Below are positions 9,200 through 16,578 of a stretch of 32,000 bases of DNA, in pieces. Below the pieces are notes generated by a model. It ran no database searches. It was not told the origin of the DNA and was given only the letters and a program-made list of their open reading frames with translations. Location of the stretch: positions 4,290,001-4,322,000 of the forward strand of contig NZ_CP147990.1 in NCBI RefSeq assembly GCF_037902255.1, in the 5' to 3' direction. The DNA is from Candidatus Electrothrix sp. GW3-4 (GTDB lineage Bacteria > Desulfobacterota > Desulfobulbia > Desulfobulbales > Desulfobulbaceae). The first letter of the stretch is position 1; every line of letters begins with the position of its first letter. The position numbers and the translations under genes were made by a program.

Positions 9200-10560
9200 T
9201 GTCTTTGCCGGTATATATCTGCGGCACCGGGATCATCAGTGCCCTTGGCGCTGATTGCGCAGCTACGGAAGCACGGTTGCACAAAGGGGATTCTGCGATC
9301 CAGTCGCTGGATCTCTTTCCCCTGATGCAGGGAAATCCCCTGCCAGTGGGGCAGGCTCCTCTACTGGAAGAGAATGGGGAAGGGAACGCAGATCCTCTGC
9401 CGAGAAGCCATCGTCTGGCCCTTGCCGCCGCAGACCAAGCCCTGCGGGACGCTCCATCAGAGTTGGCTGGTGAGGTGGGGCCTGGCATACGACCAGACGC
9501 CATCATCCTCGGTACCACCACCGGAGGCATCTTCACCACGGAAGAACTCCTCAAGGAGCAGGTGCGGGAAAAATCACGTTTTCAGCAGCACGGCCTGCAC
9601 AGTATTGCCACCTGCCTCGCTAAGGCATACCAATGCAGCGGACCCATCCTCACCGTGTCCACGGCCTGTGCCTCCGGGGCAGTGGCCTTGGCGCTGGCCC
9701 TGCGTATGCTCCGCAGCGGTCAGGCCGAGACTGTGCTGGCAGGCGGGGTGGATTCCCTTTGTCGCCTCACCTATTTTGGTTTTCATTCCTTGCAATTGGT
9801 TGACCGGAAGGGCTGCAGGCCCCTTGATCAGGATCGGCAAGGGATGGCCGTGGCCGAAGGAGCTGGTATGCTCCTGCTCTCCACCCGCAGGCCCAAGCAT
9901 TGCCGAGCCCGATTGCTCGGGGCTGGTCTTTCCTGCGATGCCTATCATCCTGCGGCCCCGCATCCTGAAGGAAAGGGCGCTTTTGCGGCGATGGAGGCCG
10001 CCCTGGCTGATGCTGGACTGAGACCTGAGGAGATTGATTACATCAACCTGCACGGCACCGGCACCCCGGATAACGACTTGGCAGAATCCAAGGCGGTGAG
10101 GAGACTGTTCCGCAGCGTGCCACCACTTTCCTCTATTAAGGGCGCATCCGGTCATTCCTTGGCTGCTGCCGGGGCAATCGAGGCCGTGGTTTCGACCCTG
10201 AGTATTTCCCAGGGTCTGCGTCCTGCCAATACCGGTTTGCAGCAGGTGGATCCTGCCCTGGGGCTCTCCCCGTTAACGGAGCCTCTTATAGAACCGACCA
10301 AGGCGGTGCTCTCCAATTCTTTCGGATTCGGCGGTAACAATGCCTCTCTGGTTATCAGTACACCTGATCTGCCCGAGAAGGGAGCGGAAAAAGAAGATGA
10401 GAGCTACGAGCGGGCAGGGGAGATGCTCGCCGTTCATGGCTACTCCTGCCTGACCGGGGCCGGTGATCTGGTCGCTACTCTGGAATGCCTGCAAAAGGGC
10501 GAATCCGCTACTGGTTGCGCAGCTGAGGATATTATTTCCAGGAATCTCCCCCTCGCCTGA
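9199..10560 (+). CDS. beta-ketoacyl-ACP synthase (FabF-like KS)
   Basis: The catalytic Cys is in VSTACASGAVALA, with HGTGTPDNDLAE, ASGHSLAAAG and NSFGFGGNNASLVI also present. After a charged linker, the last ~45 codons (from the ATG at 10423) look like the N-terminus of a second KS-type domain. Confidence 0.85.
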   Translation: MSLPVYICGTGIISALGADCAATEARLHKGDSAIQSLDLFPLMQGNPLPVGQAPLLEENGEGNADPLPRSHRLALAAADQALRDAPSELAGEVGPGIRPDAIILGTTTGGIFTTEELLKEQVREKSRFQQHGLHSIATCLAKAYQCSGPILTVSTACASGAVALALALRMLRSGQAETVLAGGVDSLCRLTYFGFHSLQLVDRKGCRPLDQDRQGMAVAEGAGMLLLSTRRPKHCRARLLGAGLSCDAYHPAAPHPEGKGAFAAMEAALADAGLRPEEIDYINLHGTGTPDNDLAESKAVRRLFRSVPPLSSIKGASGHSLAAAGAIEAVVSTLSISQGLRPANTGLQQVDPALGLSPLTEPLIEPTKAVLSNSFGFGGNNASLVISTPDLPEKGAEKEDESYERAGEMLAVHGYSCLTGAGDLVATLECLQKGESATGCAAEDIISRNLPLA

Positions 10561-10568
10561 TCCGTCGT

Positions 10569-11465
10569 TTGAAGCGTTTGCCGAGAATGACTCTCTCCCT
10601 GTCCCAGGAGGCGCTGCTCTCTGCGCAGAACGAAAATGGGGAAGAGCCGGAAAAACCGGCTGCCGTGTTTATGAGCACAGGCTGGGGAGCGCTTTCTGAT
10701 ACCTACGATTTCCTGGCTCGCCTGCAAGAATCGCAAGAGCAGTTTCCCAGTCCCACGGATTTTGTTGGCTCTGTGCATAATAGCCCGGCCAGCCAGGCTG
10801 CGATTCTCTTTGGTTCCACTGGCCCCAATATCACCACCAGCGGGGGCGATTACTCCTTTGAGCAGGCCCTGTTGGCAGCCCAGCTTGAGCTGGATGGCGA
10901 CAGCCCGGCCCTTGTCCTGGGTGCCGATGAGGGGCATGGGGAATTTTCCCCACTCTTTGATGCCTCGATACCCCTTGGCACCTCTCCAGCTGAGCTTGCT
11001 GACGGCGGCGGAGCCCTCTTGGTGAGCCGAAAGGTGGAGGGGGCCATCTGTCAGCTTTCTCTCTCCTTGTATCGGAGCAGTAAGGGGGAAGATGCGATGA
11101 GCTCCCTCATCAAGACCCTTTGCCATGAATCTGGCGATCCTGGAGGAGTCAAAGATCTGAGCCGTTATGCCCTTGTCCTGGTTGGTATCCCGGCTGCTCA
11201 GGAGGAACAAGGGGAAGGGCAGCTTGCCCGTTTTATGGAACAGGCAGCACTCACGGCCCCGATCCTTCGCTATCGTAAGCAGATCGGCGAGTTTGCTTCC
11301 GCCTCAGCAACGGCAGCGGCCCTTGCTGTCTCCTTCATGGCAGCAGGACGTATTCCCGGTACCCTGACAGAAACAGAGGATATCCTCTTGGACGATCAAA
11401 AGCATGCAATCCTGGTCTTGGGTCTGGGAGAGTACATCACGGCGATGGAGTTTGAACGACCATGA
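10569..11465 (+). CDS. KS-like protein lacking the active-site Cys (chain-length-factor-like partner)
   Basis: It has the KS fold pattern (LPRMTLSLSQEALLSA), but the catalytic position reads ITTSGGDYSFEQAL with no Cys. The track start is a TTG. The true N-terminus is probably encoded upstream in the KS frame (see findings). Its stop overlaps the next start (ATGA at 11462-11465). Confidence 0.7.
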   Translation: MKRLPRMTLSLSQEALLSAQNENGEEPEKPAAVFMSTGWGALSDTYDFLARLQESQEQFPSPTDFVGSVHNSPASQAAILFGSTGPNITTSGGDYSFEQALLAAQLELDGDSPALVLGADEGHGEFSPLFDASIPLGTSPAELADGGGALLVSRKVEGAICQLSLSLYRSSKGEDAMSSLIKTLCHESGDPGGVKDLSRYALVLVGIPAAQEEQGEGQLARFMEQAALTAPILRYRKQIGEFASASATAAALAVSFMAAGRIPGTLTETEDILLDDQKHAILVLGLGEYITAMEFERP

Positions 11466-12824
11466 GGGTTCTGCTGATCTCACCGAATACCTTGACCGTG
11501 CCGTACCCGGTGTACCCCATCGGCCTTGATTATGTGGCAGGTTCGATTCCAGCGCGGCATGAGGTCCGCATTGCGGATTGCAATGTCCTTTCCCACGATG
11601 AATTGGAGGCACTCCTTGCCGAATATCAGCCGGAAGTGATAGGTATTTCCTGTCGGAATATTGATAATACCGAGGCTGGAGATCCGCTCTGTTTTATCAA
11701 TCGCTATAAGGAGCTGGTTTCCTGGCTGCGCTCCCGTACGCAGGCGATCCTGGTCTGTGGCGGTAGCGGCTTTAACATTATGCCGGAAAAGATCCTGCCC
11801 GACCTGGGTGTGGATTACGGCCTGGTCGGCGAGGGCGAGCGTTTCGGCCTGCTGGTTGAGGCCCTGGAAAAGCAGGAGGATCCGGAACGAGATCCCCGGC
11901 GTTTTGACGGCCTCTTCCTGCTCATCTGGCATCCCTATCGAGAAGGCCGCTCCCTGGGACGGTCAGCGCAATCGTACCTTCCCGCAGGAGGCCGGCCATT
12001 ATCGCTTTTATCTTGAGCATGGCGGTATGCTCAATCTCCAGAGCAAGCGGGGCTGCGCCTTCCGCTGTGTCTACTGCCCCTATCCGCATATTGAGGGCAG
12101 GAAACATCGCCTGATTGATCCGCAAGAGGTGGCGAGGACCGCGTTGGAGCTGGAAGCTGCCGGGGCGAAATACCTCTTTCTCACTGACTCAGCCTTTAAC
12201 TCGGATATCGAGCACAGCCTGGCAGTGGCCAAGGCCTTTCAGAAGGCCAGGTTGTCCATCCCCTGGGGGGGCTTCTTTGCCCCAGTCAGGCTGCCTGCGG
12301 ATTATTTCACGGTCATGGCCGATGCCGGGCTTGCCCATGTGGAGTTCGGTACAGAGGCCCTGTCCGATATCATGCTGAAGAATTATAGAAAACCCTTCCG
12401 GGTGCAGGATGTCTTTACGGCGCATGAGCAGGCCCTGGATGCGGGCCTGCATACGGCTCATTATTTTCTCCTCGGAGGACCGGGAGAATCTGCGGACACG
12501 ATCAACGAGAGCCTGGAGCATCGGGAGCAGCTCAAGAAGACCGTGACCTTTTACTTTGTCGGGATCAGGATCTATCCCGGTACAGGGCTGTACGATATCG
12601 CCCTGAAAGAGGAGAAGATCAATGCGGCAACGGATCTCCTCCAGCCTGTGTTCTATGAACCTGATCTGATTACTCAGGAGCAGATTGACAAGATGGTCAC
12701 GGAACGGGCCGGGAATCGGATCAACTGGATCGTTGGGTCTGGAGGGGCTCGCGCCGCTGAGACCGTCAGCAAGATGCATACGAGAGGGTATGTCGGGCCT
12801 CTTTGGGAGTATCTTATTCGTTGA
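11462..12824 (+). pseudogene. B12-binding-domain radical SAM protein (lipid-biosynthesis type) with an apparent +1 frame break near 11876-11895
   Basis: The N-terminal B12-binding-like part (MRVLLISPN...VIGISCRNIDN...VCGGSGF...LVGEGE) is in one frame (ORF 11462..12016). The continuation, EIPGVLT...KRGCAFRCVYCPY (CxxxCxxC at 12054-12077) through to 12824, is in the +1 frame (ORF 11661..12824). Confidence 0.75.
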
Positions 12825-12948
12825 GAAGTGGAGTTCATGCTGATGCAGTCAACAGCATAGTTATCGGAAATTGAGATGTTGGAGAGTGCTCCATGTTCTC
12901 CAGCAACGTGTATTACGGAAGATTTTCCAACGATAGGAGGCGGAAAAG

Positions 12949-13434
12949 ATGAAGAGGTCGATACCCAACGACACTTTGCTGGATATTTTCAGGCTTGATG
13001 ATGAGATAATCGATATTGAAACCAATGAGAGAGGTACAGTTTATCCGGTTGTAAGGTGCTATGATGATGAACAAGTTCATCTCCACTTTTGGTGCATCCA
13101 CTGTAGAAAATGGCATATACATGGAAGAGGAGGAGCTAACTATCCATACCAAGAAGGTCGAGGCGGAATGGCGGGGCATCGAGTCGCACATTGTATCGTG
13201 GCCAATTCACCTTATAAAGAAAACGGTGTAGTATTACATGTGGTCGGAAAGTTTAATCCTTCCGTAAGGAAGGGGCACAGAAAGGGAGTTCCCTTGATTT
13301 GCCCCAGATGCCACAACGGTTATTACTCTGCTGCTCTGAATGCATGTGAATGCGGTTATTACAATAGCAGGCGTCAAAGCAGCCATCCAGAGATGGCTAA
13401 AAGGTATCAGGATTTTATCAAGGGAGAAGAATAG
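12949..13434 (+). CDS. hypothetical Cys/His-rich (zinc-ribbon-like) protein
   Basis: A strong AGGAGG lies upstream of the ATG. The motifs WCIHCRKWHIHG and CPRCHNGYYSAALNACECG suggest two zinc-binding knuckles. The gene is AT-rich relative to its neighbours. No family recognised. Confidence 0.6.
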   Translation: MKRSIPNDTLLDIFRLDDEIIDIETNERGTVYPVVRCYDDEQVHLHFWCIHCRKWHIHGRGGANYPYQEGRGGMAGHRVAHCIVANSPYKENGVVLHVVGKFNPSVRKGHRKGVPLICPRCHNGYYSAALNACECGYYNSRRQSSHPEMAKRYQDFIKGEE

Positions 13435-13452
13435 CTATCAATAGATTGAGTT

Positions 13453-13509
13453 TTCAAGAGCAGCGCCATCCCGTTGAACTCTTCCACCAACATATTGAGC
13501 ATTGCTTCA
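13453..13509. repeat. direct repeat, copy A (~55 bp), shared with 14713..14767
   Basis: TTCAAGAGCAGCGCCATCCCGTTGAACTCTTCCACCAACATATTGAGCATTGCTTCA differs from copy B by one substitution and a 2-nt indel. Confidence 0.85.
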
Positions 13510-13520
13510 GGTTCCCCAAG

Positions 13521-14423
13521 CTACGAAACTGCGCTTGCCAGGGCAGGATAGGTAAAAAAGACAAAATGGATGCAGTTCAGCAGAAAGTGGGTCAGAATAC
13601 CGGCTTCAATCCGTTCTGTTCGCAGGTAGACCCAGCCATAGCCGAGACCGGCCACTGTAGAGAGGACGATATACGTTACCCCGCCCGCATAATGCCTCAG
13701 ACCGAAGAGCATGGCCGCAACAACAAGCCCGATGCCTGCTCCGTATCGGTACTTCGTCAGGCCAGCAACAAGATAGCGCTGGATAACACCTCGGTAAAGC
13801 GCCTCTTCCGCAATACAGGTAAAGAACAGGTTGCTCCAGACCCAAAACCAAACAAGCGCTGACCATTTGGGCTCGAATCGCACATAACCGAAGGCAAAAG
13901 AAAGCAGTAAGAGCACAAGGATTGTGAGCGCGGATATCGGGGCTGCTTTTTTGAGCAGGAGCCACCATGCTTGAGGCCGCCTTGCAAGGAGCTTATTAAA
14001 GGTAAAGCCGAGCACAAACAGGCCGACAAGAGTCTTGTCGAAGTTTAAGTACTTGGAATACGGGATAGCTCCTTTACTCAGGATCACTTTGTCGATAACC
14101 TTGGGGTTGGAAAAGCCTGGAACAAGATGGAGTGATAAGGCGATAGAGAGCAGCAACATAATTGTTCCTGCAATGATGCGTACCGATTTGCTGTATTGCG
14201 CAGAGCCGGTACAATAACAGGAAATGCCCAGGATGGCGATTGGGAGCAACCCCAGGAGCTGCACCTGACCAAACAAGACCCCGCAGCCAAGAGCAGCAAG
14301 GCATAACGCCTGCCAGGGGCGAACTGACGTGGTGCTTGTTTCCTTGATCGGCAACCAAAGCGCGATAAGAGCCAGTGTGAGAAGACCGTATGTCAGCGCA
14401 TCATGCAAGCTCATCTGCATCAT
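13521..14423 (-). CDS. CPBP family intramembrane glutamic endopeptidase (CAAX protease/Abi-type)
   Basis: Multi-pass membrane protein with the motifs EEALYRGV, FGLRH and HFLLN. I prefer the start at MMQMS (14423); the track ORF extends to 14522. Confidence 0.8.
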   Translation of the reverse strand: MMQMSLHDALTYGLLTLALIALWLPIKETSTTSVRPWQALCLAALGCGVLFGQVQLLGLLPIAILGISCYCTGSAQYSKSVRIIAGTIMLLLSIALSLHLVPGFSNPKVIDKVILSKGAIPYSKYLNFDKTLVGLFVLGFTFNKLLARRPQAWWLLLKKAAPISALTILVLLLLSFAFGYVRFEPKWSALVWFWVWSNLFFTCIAEEALYRGVIQRYLVAGLTKYRYGAGIGLVVAAMLFGLRHYAGGVTYIVLSTVAGLGYGWVYLRTERIEAGILTHFLLNCIHFVFFTYPALASAVS

Positions 14424-14712
14424 ATTTTTTTCCTGTTTCTTTGAGGATTGTTCTTCTGAGGAAAGCACAGCATGAAAAGCTGCGTTCAACGCTCGTACTG
14501 AGAGATAGAGACGCTGGAACATCGCGTCATTCTTGCCAATCTATGCTTCTGCTCCAGGATTTGTCAAGAGAAAAGGGGTGCAGTGTGAAATGGTATTGTT
14601 CGCCACTGAACCACCCCTGTCTGCCAAAGAAGCTTGACCTATGCTTCCTGTTTTTCTGTATTTCCCATTGACAAAGCTCCCAGCCCTTTCTACCATACTT
14701 GCTTGAGAATAT

Positions 14713-14767
14713 TTCAAGAGCAGCGCCATCCAGTTGAACTCTTCCACCAATATTGAGCATTGCTTCA
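14713..14767. repeat. direct repeat, copy B, covering the 5' leader of the AAA-ATPase-like gene and ending at the first base of its start codon (14767)
   Basis: TTCAAGAGCAGCGCCATCCAGTTGAACTCTTCCACCAATATTGAGCATTGCTTCA. See copy A. Confidence 0.85.
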
Positions 14768-16563
14768 TGAAGTTCCCTTACGGCATCTGCGACTTTCAGA
14801 AAATTATCAGCCAAGGCTATTTCTACGCTGATCGGACCGACCTGATTCCCCTGCTGGAGGAAACCGGCGACCAACTCCTGTTTCTCCGTCCCCGCCGTTT
14901 TGGCAAGAGCCTGCTTCTGTCCATGCTGGAGAATTATTATGATCTTGCTAAGGCGGATAGCTTTACCCAACTTTTCGGCCATCTGAAGATCGGAAAAAAA
15001 CCCACTCAGAGACATCACAGCTATTTCATTCTGAAATGGGATTTTTCAGCGGTCAGTCCCCAGGGAACTGCAAAGGAGATCAGGCAGAATCTGCACGATT
15101 ATCTTAATATCCGTATAGAATACTTTGCTGCGTATTACCGTGACTGGCTAGCCGCTGAAATTCATATCAAGCCAGGTAACGCCCTGTTTTCCTTTCAGTC
15201 CCTGCTCAATGCGGTCCAGCAGAGCGGACATCCTTTCTACCTCCTCATTGACGAATACGACAACTTTGCCAATGAGGTGATGGCTAACGCAGAACAGCGG
15301 CAAGGAACAGACTATATCACCTTGCTTTCCGGAGAAGGCGCGCTGAAGGCCCTGTTCAAGGTCGTCAAGTCCGCTGCTGCCGGGCAGGGCCTGGACCGGG
15401 TCTTCATCACCGGTGTATCTCCCGTGGTGCTGAGTGATATTACCAGCGGCTATAATGTTGCAGAAAATATCTACCTGCTGCCGGAATTCAATCATCTCTG
15501 CGGCTTTCATCAGGAGGAAATCGCGGAGATGTTACAGCAGATCGTGGCCCACTGTGATCTGCCTGAAGCGAAGACGGCGGAGGCCCTGGCGCTGATGCGG
15601 ACTTTTTATAACGGTTATTGCTTCAGTCCGCGTACCGAGAAGCGTGTCTATAATCCCACCTTGGCCCTCTATTTTCTCAAGTCCTTTCAGCGTGACTGTG
15701 AATACCCGGAAGAGATTCAGGACAGCAACCTTGTTATGGACCGGGGAAAAATACGCTATATCTCCCGTCTGCCCGGTGGTGACGAAGTGCTTGCGGGCGC
15801 ACTTGCTGAAGATCCTCCCTTAAGCGTGCCCAAGCTGGCGCGACGCTTCGGCGTGCAGGATATGCTCGCTGCCAAAAAAGACGATGTGTTCATGGCCTCA
15901 TTGCTCTATTACTTCGGGGTGTTGACCATAGGCGGGAAGGGCGAGTTCGGTAAGATCATTCTGACGATCCCTAACCTGGTGATCCGTAAACTCTATGCAG
16001 AGCGGATCCGAGATGGATTATTGCCGGACAATCGAAGCATTGAAGCTGCCCGGCAGGCCGCCGAAGCCCTGTGTCAGCAGGGAAATATCAGGCCTCTCTG
16101 CGATTTTGTTGAGCAGAGGTATTTCAGGATCTTTCATAATCGTGATTATGCCTGGAGCAACGAACTGACCGTCAAGACCGCCTTTCTGACCCTGCTCTTT
16201 AACGATACCTTTTACATCATGGAATCAGAGACCGCGCTGGAACGCTCATATGCCGATCTCACCATGATAGTGCGCCCGGATATGCGGCAGTACGGCTTAT
16301 TGGATATTCTGCTGGAGTTCAAATATGTTTCTCTGAAAGAAGCTGGCCTGAACGGTGAACAGCTTGAGCAACTCTCTCAGGAGGAACTTCGTCTTTTGCC
16401 TGCTGTGCAGAAAAAGCAGGAGGAAGCCCGGCAGGGTCTGGCTCGCTATCAAGAGAAGCTGAGGCATAAGTTTGCCGAGCGGCTCAGGCTACGCAGCTTC
16501 AGCGTGGTTTCAGTAGGATTTGAACGACTCGTTTTTTCTAAGGAATGTACTGAGGTATTATAG
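14767..16563 (+). CDS. AAA-ATPase-like domain protein with a C-terminal PD-(D/E)XK nuclease-like domain
   Basis: MKFPYGICDFQKIISQGYFYADRTDLIPLLE...FLRPRRFGKSLLLSMLENYY is the typical N-terminus of the predicted AAA-ATPase family. The C-terminus, YADLTMIVRP...LLDILLEFKY, fits a D..ExK nuclease motif. I prefer the start at the ATG of MKFPYG (14767). Confidence 0.85.
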   Translation: MKFPYGICDFQKIISQGYFYADRTDLIPLLEETGDQLLFLRPRRFGKSLLLSMLENYYDLAKADSFTQLFGHLKIGKKPTQRHHSYFILKWDFSAVSPQGTAKEIRQNLHDYLNIRIEYFAAYYRDWLAAEIHIKPGNALFSFQSLLNAVQQSGHPFYLLIDEYDNFANEVMANAEQRQGTDYITLLSGEGALKALFKVVKSAAAGQGLDRVFITGVSPVVLSDITSGYNVAENIYLLPEFNHLCGFHQEEIAEMLQQIVAHCDLPEAKTAEALALMRTFYNGYCFSPRTEKRVYNPTLALYFLKSFQRDCEYPEEIQDSNLVMDRGKIRYISRLPGGDEVLAGALAEDPPLSVPKLARRFGVQDMLAAKKDDVFMASLLYYFGVLTIGGKGEFGKIILTIPNLVIRKLYAERIRDGLLPDNRSIEAARQAAEALCQQGNIRPLCDFVEQRYFRIFHNRDYAWSNELTVKTAFLTLLFNDTFYIMESETALERSYADLTMIVRPDMRQYGLLDILLEFKYVSLKEAGLNGEQLEQLSQEELRLLPAVQKKQEEARQGLARYQEKLRHKFAERLRLRSFSVVSVGFERLVFSKECTEVL

Positions 16564-16578
16564 GCTATAGGCGACCCT

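Noticed and set aside
9374-10155. Alternative-frame and antisense ORFs (215 aa on the plus strand, 193 aa on the minus strand) inside the ketosynthase gene.
   Set aside because: These are GC-driven open frames with Pro/Arg/Ser/Trp-rich sequences. The KS frame carries all the catalytic motifs.
13446-13862. A 138-aa plus-strand ORF overlapping the 3' half of the CPBP gene.
   Set aside because: It is fully antisense to a gene with clear CPBP motifs. Its start lies inside the direct repeat, and it has no family features.
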